A stretch of 64,000 nt of DNA from Candidatus Rokubacteria bacterium 13_2_20CM_69_15_1 (GCA_001914535.1 MNCR01000052.1:3791-67790), one strand, 5' to 3'; shown: positions 9,604-19,811, numbered from the stretch's first letter. Program-made: numbers and translations. The notes: generated from the letters alone by a model not told the origin.

Positions 9604-10953
9604 ATGATGTGCCGGCCGCTTCGGAGATCTGTGAGAATGCCCGGCCGCCGGTTACCGTTGCGTGGCGCCGATCTCGTCCTCATCGCGATGCACTCGCTCT
9701 GCAAGGGCCGAGACGTGAGCAGCAACACGCTCCTGGTCGTCGAGTGCGACGGACCCATCGCCCCCGAGCGGATCCGCCGGGCCCTCGACCGACTCCTGGA
9801 TTTCTGCCCGTGGCCGGCCGCGCGACTCCGGCGGCCGTTTCCCTGGGGCCGGCTGCACTGGGCCGCCGGCCCGCGCGCCGCGCTGGTGCCTCCGCCCGTG
9901 CGTCATCGGTCCGTCGCCTCGCGCGAAGAGCTTCACGCGGAACTGGAATCGGAGCTCAGCTCGGTGATCGATCCGCGACGCGATCCGCCCCTGCGATTCT
10001 TGATCGTCGATTGCGGGCCGGAGCCGGCAAGGGGACACGGCGTTCTCGTGTTGACCTGGTTTCATCCCCTCATGGATCCACGAGGAGGGCAAAATCTGTT
10101 GAGGCACCTGGCTCGCTTCGACCAGGAAGAGAACCAGGCCACCCCGCGAGGCGCGCCCTGGGCGTTCACGCCGCAGCCGGATCCGCGGCCGCTCAGGGAG
10201 CGTGGGCGGCTGGCCCGTCAAAGCGTCCACTACATGCGAACGCTCACGGCTGTTGCCCCGGTGTCCCCGGGAACTGGCCTCATATCGCCTGGACGGGCCC
10301 GCTTCCGGCAGGAGAGCTTCGTCGAACGCGATCCCCAGGCCGCGGGCTCGCGCGCCATGCGAGAGATCTGCTGGCGCTTGGCTCTCGTGGGCCGCGCCAT
10401 GGCCGAGCTCTGGGAGCGGCGGGGGCTCCCGGACGTTCCCTTTCTCGTCCCGATCGCGGTGGACTTGCGGCCCAAGGGCGATCCGGGTCCGACCTTCGGA
10501 AACGTGCTCGCGTTCCACTTCGCGCGGTTCAAGCCCTCCGAGACCGCGAACGTGGCGGCCCTGGCGAGCGCCCTGCGCCGGCAGATGGCGGACGCCGTCC
10601 GCGACGGGCAGATCGAGGCCAACTCGGTGGCCATGGAATTTCTGCAATACCGCCCACTCTCGATGATGCTCCGAGACCTGCCCGGGACCTCGGAGCGAGA
10701 GACCTTCTCCTTCAACTGCGCCGACGTCATGGACTTTCCCGCGGTGCTCGGGTCCGCGTTCGGCCGCCGCATCGTCAACGCGTACCACGCTCCGGCCGTC
10801 CTTCCGCGGCCCGGGATCGGGGTATTCTTCAACCGGTGCGCGACCCGGTCGAATCTCGTCGTCTCGTGGATCGAGGGAGCCGCGGCCGAGGACGAGGTGG
10901 GGCGGATCGTCGAGGTCGTCCGCGAGGGCATGGGGTGGACGCGAATCCCGTGA
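9604..10953 (+). CDS. HxxxD-motif acyltransferase, condensation/WS-DGAT/PapA5-like (stand-alone C-domain-like)
   Basis: 449 aa, the size of a C-domain. The TWFHPLMDPRGG motif resembles the HHxxxDG active site. Sits beside the ACP and the ligase. The family assignment is tentative. Confidence 0.45.
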   Translation: MMCRPLRRSVRMPGRRLPLRGADLVLIAMHSLCKGRDVSSNTLLVVECDGPIAPERIRRALDRLLDFCPWPAARLRRPFPWGRLHWAAGPRAALVPPPVRHRSVASREELHAELESELSSVIDPRRDPPLRFLIVDCGPEPARGHGVLVLTWFHPLMDPRGGQNLLRHLARFDQEENQATPRGAPWAFTPQPDPRPLRERGRLARQSVHYMRTLTAVAPVSPGTGLISPGRARFRQESFVERDPQAAGSRAMREICWRLALVGRAMAELWERRGLPDVPFLVPIAVDLRPKGDPGPTFGNVLAFHFARFKPSETANVAALASALRRQMADAVRDGQIEANSVAMEFLQYRPLSMMLRDLPGTSERETFSFNCADVMDFPAVLGSAFGRRIVNAYHAPAVLPRPGIGVFFNRCATRSNLVVSWIEGAAAEDEVGRIVEVVREGMGWTRIP

Positions 10954-12158
10954 ATTACGACGTCGTGGTGGTTGGGGGCGGCGCCGCCGGACTCGCCGCG
11001 GCCGTCGCGGCGGCCGGCGCCGGCGCGCGCAGCGCGCTCATCGAGCGCTACGGCTTTCTCGGGGGCATGGCGACCGCCGGCATGGTGAGCACGATCTGCG
11101 GGCTCTATCAGACCTCGCCGGCCGGACCGCCGGAGCCCCTCAACGCGGGGTTCGCCGACGTCTTCGCGCGGCGGCTGGCGATCATGCCTGGCTGCGGGCA
11201 TCCCGTGCGCCGAGGGCGGACGTTCGTCCTGCCGTACACCCCGTTCGCCTTCGCCTGCCTGGCGGACGAGATCACATCCTCGGCCACGCGTCTGGATGTG
11301 TACCTCCACGCCTACCTCATCGGGGTCGAGGCCCGAGCGGGTCGGATCGAGGCGCTCCGCGTCGCCACCTGGGAACGGCACCTCGAGCTGACGGCTCGGG
11401 CCGTCGTGGACACGAGCGGCGACGCCGTCGTCGCGCGGGAGGCCGGCGCTGCCACAGAGACTGCGCCGGTCGCCGAGCGGCAGCTGCCGTCGCTGGTCTT
11501 CGTGCTCCAAGACGTCGACACCGACGCCCTCGGGCCAGGCCCGCGCGTGGCCCTGCTCCGGGCCCTGGTGGCCGCCGAGCGCGAGGGGCGGTTGCCGAAG
11601 GGCGCGTCGAATCTGACGCTGGGACCGTCTCCGCAGGCCGGGGAAGTCGTCTGCAAGCTCACGCTGAGCGGGATCGCGGAGGAGCTCCCGGCAGGCCGCG
11701 ACTTCCTGACGATGGCAGAGCAGGAGGGCAGGAAGCGCGCCCTCGCAGTCACCGCGCTCTTGAAGACCATGCCGCCCTTCACCCGGGCCTTCGTCTCGCA
11801 TGCCGCGCCCCAGGTCGGAGTCCGTGAGAGCCGCCGCGTGATCGGACGCTATCAGCTGACCCGCGAGGACGTCCTGTCCGGGCGCCGATTCGAGGACGCG
11901 GTGGCCCGAGCGAGCTGGCCCATCGAGCTGTGGGAGGAGGGACGGCTCGGGGCCACGTACGAGTATCTGGGCGACGGGCAATATTACGAGATCCCGCTGC
12001 GCTGCCTTCAGGCGCGGGACGTGGAGAATCTCTTCGTGGCCGGACGCTGCATGAGCGCCTCGCACGAAGCTCTCGGGTCCGCGCGCGTCATCGGCACGTG
12101 TCTGGCCACGGGCGAGGCCGTCGGTATGGCGGCCGCCCGGCAGGCCGCGCGGCGGTAG
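10950..12158 (+). CDS. FAD-dependent oxidoreductase
   Basis: GTG at 10950. N-terminal Rossmann dinucleotide motif NYDVVVVGGGAAGLAAAVAAAGAGARSALIE. About 400 aa. Confidence 0.7.
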   Translation: MNYDVVVVGGGAAGLAAAVAAAGAGARSALIERYGFLGGMATAGMVSTICGLYQTSPAGPPEPLNAGFADVFARRLAIMPGCGHPVRRGRTFVLPYTPFAFACLADEITSSATRLDVYLHAYLIGVEARAGRIEALRVATWERHLELTARAVVDTSGDAVVAREAGAATETAPVAERQLPSLVFVLQDVDTDALGPGPRVALLRALVAAEREGRLPKGASNLTLGPSPQAGEVVCKLTLSGIAEELPAGRDFLTMAEQEGRKRALAVTALLKTMPPFTRAFVSHAAPQVGVRESRRVIGRYQLTREDVLSGRRFEDAVARASWPIELWEEGRLGATYEYLGDGQYYEIPLRCLQARDVENLFVAGRCMSASHEALGSARVIGTCLATGEAVGMAAARQAARR

Positions 12159-12165
12159 TGCTCCG

Positions 12166-13617
12166 ATGAACCTCGCGGAGCTCCTCTATTCATCGGCCGA
12201 GAGGCACACGAGCCGCCCCGCCGTGACCGACGTGGCATCGGGCCGATCGCTCGACTACGGACAGCTGGCCCGAGAGGCCCGGCGCGTGGCCGCGTTCCTC
12301 ATCGCCCAGGGCGTGGAGCCCGGGCATCGGATCGGGCTCATGGCGCCGAATAGCCTGGCGTATCTGCCGGCCGCCTTCGGCCTCCTGGCCACGGGCGCCT
12401 GCCTGACGCCGCTGGCCACCCACCTGACGCCGGCGGAGGCCGCTCAGATCACGACGGAGGTCCAGGTGAACGGGCGCCTGTCCTGGCCCAAGGCCGATCG
12501 GCTCTCGGGCGGGGAAGGCGGAGCGGTCATGTCGGGCGGCGAGTGCGACGGGCTCACGTTCCAGTGGACCGATCGTGACGCCGCTGGCCCGGTGGAGTTC
12601 ACGCAGCTCAACCCCGCCTTCGTCCGGTTCACCTCCGGCACCACCGCGAGCAGCAAAGGCGTCGTGCTGTCACACGAAGCGACCGCTGCGCGCGTCCGAG
12701 CCGCGGATTCCGTGCTGCGCTTCACGGAGGAGGACAGCATCCTGTGGGTGCTGCCGCTGGCTTACCACTTCGCGGTGACGATCGTCGCTTACGTCCGGGC
12801 CGGCGCGCACGTCCTCATGTGCCCCGACACCCTCCCCGGGCCGCTCCGCGATTCGATCCGGCGGCTCAAGCCTAGCGTGCTCTACGCGTCCCCGCTCCAC
12901 TTCGAGCGCATGGCGAACCTCGGACCGGCGGAGCCTCTCACGAGCGTGCGGCTCTGCCTCTCGACCAGCGCCCCGATCGCCCCGGCCGTGATCGAGCGCT
13001 TCGAAGCGGTCTACGGCGTGCCGCTGGGCCAAGCCTACGGCATCATCGAGGCGGGCCTGCCCTGCATCAATCTCAGATCCGACGGTCTGCCCGCCATGTC
13101 CGTGGGCCACCCCGTGCCTGGCTACGACATCGCGGTCTTCGGTGACGAGGGCAAGCGGCTCCACGCGGGGGCGCTGGGGGAGATCGCCGTGCGAGGCGAC
13201 GGCCTCTTCTCCGCGTATTACGCGCCGTGGCGGCGGCGCGAGCAGGTGGCGCGGGAGGGCTGGTTCCTGACGGGGGATATCGGCTGGTTGGATGCGGCCG
13301 GCGCCCTCTACCTCAAGGGCCGCAAGAAGGCCGTCATCTTCGTCGCGGGGCTCAAGTTCTTCCCGGAGGAGGTGGAGGACTGTATCAACCGGTTCCCGGG
13401 CGTCACGGAGTCCCGGGTGTTCGGTCGCTCGCACGCTCGCCTGGGCGAGGTGCCCTGTGCGGAGATCGTCCTCGATTCTGCCAGCTTGGATGTCGACGCT
13501 CTCCAGGCGCACTGCGCCCGCGCGCTCTCTCCGTACAAGGTGCCGCTCGAGTTCACGATCGTGGAGGCGGTCGCCAAGACGGCGGGCGGCAAGATCCTCA
13601 GGCGGGCGTATCCATGA
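12166..13617 (+). CDS. AMP-dependent synthetase/ligase (adenylate-forming; acyl-ACP/CoA synthetase-like)
   Basis: A3 core motif FTSGTTASSKGV. A8-like GWFLTGDIGWLDAAGALYLKGRKK. C-terminal lysine region. Confidence 0.85.
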   Translation: MNLAELLYSSAERHTSRPAVTDVASGRSLDYGQLAREARRVAAFLIAQGVEPGHRIGLMAPNSLAYLPAAFGLLATGACLTPLATHLTPAEAAQITTEVQVNGRLSWPKADRLSGGEGGAVMSGGECDGLTFQWTDRDAAGPVEFTQLNPAFVRFTSGTTASSKGVVLSHEATAARVRAADSVLRFTEEDSILWVLPLAYHFAVTIVAYVRAGAHVLMCPDTLPGPLRDSIRRLKPSVLYASPLHFERMANLGPAEPLTSVRLCLSTSAPIAPAVIERFEAVYGVPLGQAYGIIEAGLPCINLRSDGLPAMSVGHPVPGYDIAVFGDEGKRLHAGALGEIAVRGDGLFSAYYAPWRRREQVAREGWFLTGDIGWLDAAGALYLKGRKKAVIFVAGLKFFPEEVEDCINRFPGVTESRVFGRSHARLGEVPCAEIVLDSASLDVDALQAHCARALSPYKVPLEFTIVEAVAKTAGGKILRRAYP

Positions 13618-14894
13618 GGGTGGCCATCATCGGCGCCGGCCCTTGCGGATCCGCTCTCGCCACCTTCCTCGCTCGCCAGGGTGCCGAGGTCGCGCTCTTC
13701 GACGACGGCCGACGCCCGGAACTGCTCGTGGGGGAGTCCCTCGTGCCCGCCGTGACCCCGATTCTCGAGCGTCTCGGCATCGAGGAGGAGACCGCGACGT
13801 TTGGCCTCGTGAAGCCGGGCGTGTCCTTCATCTGGTCGCCAACGGACCGCTTCAGCTTCACCTTCGCGCGCTTCGCTCCGGCCGTGCCCCCCTACGCCTA
13901 CAACATTCCGCGGCCGCGGTTCGACGAGGCATTGCTGGCCAAGGCCGTCGCCGCGGGCGCCAACAGAACGGTCGCTCGTGCTCGACTGGAGCCGACCGGG
14001 CGCGACGGCGCGGAGCTCGCGCTCGCTCCCGAAACCCTGGCCGCGGCGCCCATGCTGGCCGGTCGGCAACCCGATCTCATCGTCGACGCCACGGGCCGCG
14101 CCAGGCTCTCGGCCCGCGCGCTGAGGATCCCCGCCCAGGTCGGGCCACGCAACGACGTGGCGCACTTTGCCCACTTCGAGGGGTGGAGCTGGGACGATGC
14201 GCCTGGGCAGGTGCTCATCGCACGCCTCAAGGCGGGCTGGAGCTGGTGCATCCCGTTCAAGGAGCGGCTCTCCGTGGGGATCGTGGTGGGTCGGGAGGAT
14301 GCCGACCGCCTGGGGCGCACGCCGGCAGAGCGGCTCGAGCGGGCCATCACCGTCGACGCCTGGCTCTCCTCGATCGCCGGTGGCGCCAAGCGCGTGACGT
14401 CGGTCGCCACGTACTCCAATTATCAGCTGATCTCGCAACGGGGGTACGGTCCCGGCTGGGTCATGGTGGGAGACGCCTTCGGCTTCGTCGATCCGATGCT
14501 GTCCCCCGGCGTCTTTCTCGCGCTGCGCTCGGCGGAGCTCGTCGCCGAGGCCCTCAGCCCGTTCCTGCGGCGACGCGTGATTCCGTCGGCGGCCGAGCTC
14601 GGCTCGGCGCTCCGCTCGTACGCCGCCGTCCAGACCTCAATGCTGGTCGCATGGTCGGATCTCGTGGCCTATTTCTACGACGGGCGGATGCTGGCCCTCC
14701 TGCGCGCCGGGCGTAGCTGGATGGACGGGGGGTCGAGCGTCATCAAGGGCGCGGCGCAACGTCACATCGAGCGCCACGTCGCACTGCAAGCCTCCGGGGT
14801 CCGGACGACGTCGCGCTACAGCCGGGGCCTGCTCCGCTGGCTCGGACGCCACGGGCTCAGAGGGGTCGAGCCGGCCGATCTGGCCATCCGCTGA
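13614..14894 (+). CDS. Flavin-dependent halogenase (tryptophan-halogenase family)
   Basis: ATGA overlap with the ligase stop. GxGxxG (IIGAGPCGSALA). Hallmark WxWxIP motif (AGWSWCIPF). About 426 aa. Confidence 0.75.
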   Translation: MRVAIIGAGPCGSALATFLARQGAEVALFDDGRRPELLVGESLVPAVTPILERLGIEEETATFGLVKPGVSFIWSPTDRFSFTFARFAPAVPPYAYNIPRPRFDEALLAKAVAAGANRTVARARLEPTGRDGAELALAPETLAAAPMLAGRQPDLIVDATGRARLSARALRIPAQVGPRNDVAHFAHFEGWSWDDAPGQVLIARLKAGWSWCIPFKERLSVGIVVGREDADRLGRTPAERLERAITVDAWLSSIAGGAKRVTSVATYSNYQLISQRGYGPGWVMVGDAFGFVDPMLSPGVFLALRSAELVAEALSPFLRRRVIPSAAELGSALRSYAAVQTSMLVAWSDLVAYFYDGRMLALLRAGRSWMDGGSSVIKGAAQRHIERHVALQASGVRTTSRYSRGLLRWLGRHGLRGVEPADLAIR

Positions 14895-14925
14895 GCGCGA
14901 GGGCGGAGTCGCTCCGCGGCGGCGC

Positions 14926-15672
14926 TCACCGCGCTGGCTTCACCCCGACATACTCGCTGAAGACCCCAGCGCGCACGCGGCGATCGACTCCGACGAAGCC
15001 GCTCGCCCGCAAGACCTCCAGGATCGTCTCGGGCGGAACGCACTCGGCGATCGTGTCCCAGTAATACCTCATGAGCAGTTCGGCCTGCGCGCTGCCCGTG
15101 CTGAGCCGCGTGACCCGCGGCAGGACCGTCTCGAAGTAGATTCGGGTGAGCCACCGGCCCAGGGCGGAGCGAGGTCGCGAGATCTCGAGGAGCAGGACGC
15201 GTCCCCCCGGCTTCAAGACCCGCAGGCATTCTTTCAGCGCCACCGCCAGATCGGCCATGTGACGCAAGGCATACCCCATGGTCAGGAAATCGAAGCCGTC
15301 GTCTCCGAATGGCAGGTCCTCCACCATCCCCTGCACCAGGGGGACCGAGAGGGTCCTCCGCGCTTCGCGCAGCATGCCGCCGCTCGGGTCGAGCCCGACC
15401 ACGTCGCCGGGTTCACGGAGGATGCGCACGGCCGCACGGGCCACGAGGCCGGTGCCGGTCGCGACGTCGAGAAGCTTCATGCCGCGACCGAGGCCGTACT
15501 GTCTCAGCACGTAGTGGCGATAGAACTGGCCGGAGCCGAGCGAGCCGACTCCGCAGACCCGGTCGTAGTATCGCGCGGCACCGTCGAACAGCGCGGTGAC
15601 GAAGGGTTGTTTCTCCCCCTCGTGCGTGTAGTACTTCTTGAGGACCGGATGCGGCGACGTGGGTGTGCCCAT
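14926..15672 (-). CDS. Class I SAM-dependent methyltransferase (UbiE/COQ5-like)
   Basis: Motif I LDVATGTGLVA. Post-I and motif II regions. 248 aa. Confidence 0.8.
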   Translation of the reverse strand: MGTPTSPHPVLKKYYTHEGEKQPFVTALFDGAARYYDRVCGVGSLGSGQFYRHYVLRQYGLGRGMKLLDVATGTGLVARAAVRILREPGDVVGLDPSGGMLREARRTLSVPLVQGMVEDLPFGDDGFDFLTMGYALRHMADLAVALKECLRVLKPGGRVLLLEISRPRSALGRWLTRIYFETVLPRVTRLSTGSAQAELLMRYYWDTIAECVPPETILEVLRASGFVGVDRRVRAGVFSEYVGVKPAR

Positions 15673-15745
15673 GGGACTGTTCCGGTCCGCCTTAGGCCTC
15701 GTCGAGCCGGATGGAGTGCACGCTCATGAGGCCCCACCTCTCAAC

Positions 15746-15776
15746 AGTCCGTTCGCGAAGTAGTCCGTTCGCAAAG
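15746..15776. repeat. Tandem 15-bp direct repeat AGTCCGTTCGCGAAG/AGTCCGTTCGCAAAG containing the TTCGCGAA palindrome
   Basis: Seen directly upstream of the PIN-like ORF. One mismatch between the copies. Confidence 0.6.
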
Positions 15777-15895
15777 TGGCGATGAGTATAACGCAGCGTC
15801 CAGAGGCGCGCTCGCGACGGGACGTGGAGCTGTTCTTCTCGTCGTCATCACCAAGCACGGCAAGGGGAAGATCCTGTCTATGGGCCTGCGGTGGG

Positions 15896-16210
15896 ATGCT
15901 CGATCTTGACACCCATGTGCTGCTCCACGCGCTGACCGGCGATCTGACACGGCGGGAGTCCGCGCTGCTCGCTCACGACACGTGGAGCATCTCGGCCATC
16001 GTGCTCTGGGAGATCGCCAAGCTCGCGCGACTCGGCCGCATCGCTATTGGGCGTGGGAGTCCGCGTAAGGTGGCTGCGCGCCTCGTCGCCGCCGCCCGGC
16101 CTCTCGGATCCTTCGCGAGCGCGGCGCCACTGGTTTGGGCATCCGCATTGTGCTACGGCGCGTCGATGACGCCCGCGCGAAGCAGGTCCGCGATGCGCTC
16201 AAGCGAATAG
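15896..16210 (+). pseudogene. Degenerate PIN-domain (VapC-like) toxin remnant
   Basis: MLDLDTHVLLHALTGD...ISAIVLWEIAKLARLGRI matches the N- and C-terminal PIN signatures. The middle is missing. The tail overlaps the convergent CoA-transferase by about 57 nt. No antitoxin ORF is evident. Confidence 0.3.
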
Positions 16211-17409
16211 CCGAGGAGGTCGCCGAGCACAGCGCGCGTGTGCTCCCCCACGCGATACGCTGCCGGCGCTCGAGGATGGAGCGCGTCGCCGTCGAGGTGG
16301 TACGGGCTCGCTGTTACACGCACGGCACCACGAGCCGGATGTGGCATGGTCGGAAAGAATTCGCGCGCCTCCAGGTGAGGCTCGGCGATCACCTCGGCCG
16401 GCCGCAGGACCGGCGCGCACGGGATGCGCGCGTCCGACAGGACCCTGAGCGCGTCCTCGGCGGTCGGGAACGTCGCGAGCCACGACTCGACGACGTGCCG
16501 GAGCTCGCGCCAGTTCACCCGCCGCTTCTCACTGGTGTCGAAGCGCGAGTCGCGCCCGAGCTCGAGACGTCCCATCACGGCCAACAGGCGCGGCCAGAGC
16601 TGTGGCGAGCCGGTGAACTGCATGGCCAGGTAGCGATCGCCGATGGGCGCCACGATCATGCCGGGACGTGGGTTCCCGTACTCCTCGCCGCCGTTGAGCA
16701 CGGCCGCGTACGTCACGCTATCCGCCGCGATGAGCGCTTCCAACATGGAGACGTCGAAGTACGCGCCCTTGCCTGTGCGGCTCTTGCGGATGAGAGCGCT
16801 GAGGATCCCGGTCGCGGCGTGCGTGGCCGCGAGTACGTCGGCGGCCTGGAGGTTGGACGCGCGCGGCGCCGGCTCGTCGCCTTGCTCGAGGTGCATGAGG
16901 CCCGAGACGGCGTTGATGATGTGGGCGAAGGCGGGCCGCGAGCGCCAGGGTCCGGTCTGGCCGAAGCCCGAGATGGAACAGTAGACGATGTCCGGCTTCA
17001 CGGCGCGGAGCGTCTCGTAGTCGCAACGCAGCTTGGTGACGACGCCGGGCATGAAGTTCTCCACGACGACGTCGACGACCTTCGCCAGGTCGCGGATGAT
17101 CACCTGGCCCTCGGGGCGTGACATGTCCACGCCAACGCTCTCTTTGCCCGCGTTGACCCGGGCGAAATAGCTGCTCTGGTCGTCACGGCGAGGCTCCAGC
17201 TGCAGATAGTTGCGTCGCATCTCATCGCCCTCGCCCGGACGCTCGATCTTGATCACACGGGCGCCCAGATCGCCCAGCAAGCGCGTGCAATACGGCCCGG
17301 CGAGGACGCGAGTCAGGTCCAGGATGGTGACGCCGACCAGAGGCAGATCATCGGGGGTCACGGCAGGGCGATCGGTGAGCAGGCCACAGTCCCTGGTGGA
17401 GACGACGCA
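16153..17409 (-). CDS. CoA-transferase family III (CaiB/BaiF) protein
   Basis: LPLVGVTILDLTRVLAGPYCTRLLGDLGARVIKIE N-terminal signature. C-terminal LGYS...GVI. Start assigned to a GTG/Val near 17361-17409 because the upstream ORF extension overlaps the neighbouring gene. Confidence 0.75.
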   Translation of the reverse strand, partial: CVVSTRDCGLLTDRPAVTPDDLPLVGVTILDLTRVLAGPYCTRLLGDLGARVIKIERPGEGDEMRRNYLQLEPRRDDQSSYFARVNAGKESVGVDMSRPEGQVIIRDLAKVVDVVVENFMPGVVTKLRCDYETLRAVKPDIVYCSISGFGQTGPWRSRPAFAHIINAVSGLMHLEQGDEPAPRASNLQAADVLAATHAATGILSALIRKSRTGKGAYFDVSMLEALIAADSVTYAAVLNGGEEYGNPRPGMIVAPIGDRYLAMQFTGSPQLWPRLLAVMGRLELGRDSRFDTSEKRRVNWRELRHVVESWLATFPTAEDALRVLSDARIPCAPVLRPAEVIAEPHLEAREFFPTMPHPARGAVRVTASPYHLDGDALHPRAPAAYRVGEHTRAVLGDLLGYSLERIADLLRAGVIDAP

Positions 17410-17474
17410 GGGGACCCACCGGGGACGGCGAGCGTCGTGTGTGATCGCTCGCCGTCCCGGCAGATCCTTCTCGC

Positions 17475-19811
17475 TCAGGCCTTGAGCTGGTCGCGGATCG
17501 GCAGGCGCCGGATGCGCTTGCCGGTCGCCGCGAAGATCGCGTTGCACAGTGCGGGCGCGATCGGCGGCACACCCGGCTCGCCCACGCCACCGAGCGGCGC
17601 GTTGAAGTCCCCGGGTATGAGGTGGACCCGGATCTCGCGGGGCGAGGCGTCCGTGCGCATGATCTCGTATGCGTTGTAGTTGTCTTGCTCCACGCGCCCC
17701 GCCTTGAAGCTGATCTCTTCCTTGGTGGCGAGGCTCACGCCCATGGTGCAGGCGCCCGCGAGCTGGGAGCGGACGCGATCAGGGTTGATCTGGGCGCCGC
17801 AATCCACCGCGACGTCCACTCGCGGAATCGCCAGCTCGCCCTTGTCGTTGACGAGAACTTCGACCACCGCGGCCACGTAGGTCACGAAGCTGTAGACGAC
17901 GGCGATGCCCTGCCCGCGGCCCTTGGGCAACGTCTTGCCCCAACCCGCTTCGCGCGCCGCGGTCTCGACGACGCGCCGCATGCGGCCGGTGTCCAGGGGG
18001 TACTGTTCCGGATCCTCGCCATGATTCCAGGTATCGCCCAGGGTCCGGGGGTCGATGCGTCGGGCGGGACCGATCAGCTCCAGCAAGAAGTCCTTGGGAT
18101 CGCGCCCCGCCGCCGCCGCGAGCTCGGCGACGAAGGACTGGACGGCGAAGGCGTGGGGAATGTTCGACACCGAGCGGAACCAGCCGATGCGGGTGTGGGC
18201 CGTGGCCTCCGGGTTCTCGACACGGACATTGGGGATCGCGAACGGTACGTTGACGGCGTTCATGCCGAGCTCGAATGGCGCCTCGTTCCTCGCCTCCGGG
18301 TTGAACGTGGACATGATCGTCGGCGCCACGGTTCGGTGCAGCCACGCCACCGGCTTCCCACCGGCGTCCAGTCCGGCTTCGAGGTGCTCGACCGAGACGG
18401 TGTGGTAGTAGGAGTTGTGCAGGTCGTCCTCGCGGGTCCACGTGACCTTGACCGGCGCGCCGCTCATCGCCTTGGAGAGCACGGCGGCCTCGATCATGAA
18501 ATCGGGCTTGGACTTGCGCCCGAAGCCACCGCCGAGCAGCGTGACATTGACCTTCACGTTGTCCGCCGACATCCCGAGCCGCTTCGCGATGCGGTCACGG
18601 GCGGCCTGCGGCGACTGGATGCAGCCCCACGCCTCGCATTTGCCCTGGACGATGCGCGCGGTCGCGGCGGGCGGCTCCATGGTCGCGTGGGCGAGATGCG
18701 GGATGTAGTATTCGGCCTCGACGCGTCTCGCGGCGCTCGCCATGGCTCCGTCAACGTCTCCATCGTTGCGGACCACCTTCCCCGGCTTGCGCGCCGCCTC
18801 CTCGAGGGTCGCCTTGAAGGCCGTGGAGTCGTACCCGGCGTTCGGGCCGTCGTTCCACTCGATCTTGAGCGCCTGCCGGCCCTTGATCGCGGCCCAGGTG
18901 TTGCGCGCGACGACTGCGACGCCGCCCAGTGGGTTGAACTCGGCGGGCGGCGGGCTCTGCTCGATTTCCACGACGCGGACAACTCCCGGCACCTTGAGGG
19001 CCTCCGCCGCATCGTACTTCGCGACCTTGCCTCCATAGACCGGCGGGCGCGCCACCACCGCGTAGAGCATGCCGGGGAGCCGAGTGTCGATGCCGTACTG
19101 GGCCTTGCCGCTCACGATGTTGGGGCCGTCGGCCAGCTTCAGCTCGCCCTTGCCGATGTAACGGAAGCGCGACGGATCCTTCAATCGCAGCGTGTCCCTC
19201 GGGGGGACCGGGAGCTTGGCCGCGTCCTTGGCGAGGGCGCCGTATCCGAGACGCCGCCCCGACTGGCGATGCACCACCTCGTGGTTCCGCGCTTCCACTT
19301 CGCCCACGGGCACGTTCCAGCGCGTCGCCGCCGCCGTTTCGAGCATCGTGCGGGCCGCCGCGCCGCAGCGACGCATCGGTTCGAAGAAATGGCGCGTGCT
19401 GCGCGAGCCGTCGGTGTCCTGGTTGCCGAAGCGCTTCTGGTCGCCTGGCGCCTGCGCGATGCGCACCCGCTTCCAGTCGGCTTCGAGCTCGTCGGCCACG
19501 ATCATCGGCATGCCGGTGCGAACGCCCTGCCCCATCTCGGAGCGGTGACAGACGATGGTCACCGTACCGTCCTCGCCGATGGCGACGAACGCCAGGGGGT
19601 TGTCGGTCCAGCCGTCGGGCATTCCATCTCGTCCATACTTGGGCGCGTCGGCCGCGCGCAGGGCCGCCGGGAACCCGACGGCGAGGACGAGCCCGCCGAA
19701 CGCGGAAGCTCCGATGAGAAACCCGCGACGGCTCACGTTGGCGAGCAAGAGCGGGCTGTCGGACGACGCGTCACTGGGGGCCGAGGTCATCGAATCGTGG
19801 GGCGCGCTCAT
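17475..19811 (-). CDS. Xanthine-dehydrogenase-family molybdopterin-binding large subunit with Tat signal (IorB/membrane-ALDH-like)
   Basis: ATG at 19811, MSAPHDSM..., 134 residues inside the 911-aa ORF. Twin-arginine motif [14 protein letters not shown]. Mo-hydroxylase domains. ATGA overlap with the 2Fe-2S subunit. Confidence 0.85.
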   Translation of the reverse strand: MSAPHDSMTSAPSDASSDSPLLLANVSRRGFLIGASAFGGLVLAVGFPAALRAADAPKYGRDGMPDGWTDNPLAFVAIGEDGTVTIVCHRSEMGQGVRTGMPMIVADELEADWKRVRIAQAPGDQKRFGNQDTDGSRSTRHFFEPMRRCGAAARTMLETAAATRWNVPVGEVEARNHEVVHRQSGRRLGYGALAKDAAKLPVPPRDTLRLKDPSRFRYIGKGELKLADGPNIVSGKAQYGIDTRLPGMLYAVVARPPVYGGKVAKYDAAEALKVPGVVRVVEIEQSPPPAEFNPLGGVAVVARNTWAAIKGRQALKIEWNDGPNAGYDSTAFKATLEEAARKPGKVVRNDGDVDGAMASAARRVEAEYYIPHLAHATMEPPAATARIVQGKCEAWGCIQSPQAARDRIAKRLGMSADNVKVNVTLLGGGFGRKSKPDFMIEAAVLSKAMSGAPVKVTWTREDDLHNSYYHTVSVEHLEAGLDAGGKPVAWLHRTVAPTIMSTFNPEARNEAPFELGMNAVNVPFAIPNVRVENPEATAHTRIGWFRSVSNIPHAFAVQSFVAELAAAAGRDPKDFLLELIGPARRIDPRTLGDTWNHGEDPEQYPLDTGRMRRVVETAAREAGWGKTLPKGRGQGIAVVYSFVTYVAAVVEVLVNDKGELAIPRVDVAVDCGAQINPDRVRSQLAGACTMGVSLATKEEISFKAGRVEQDNYNAYEIMRTDASPREIRVHLIPGDFNAPLGGVGEPGVPPIAPALCNAIFAATGKRIRRLPIRDQLKA

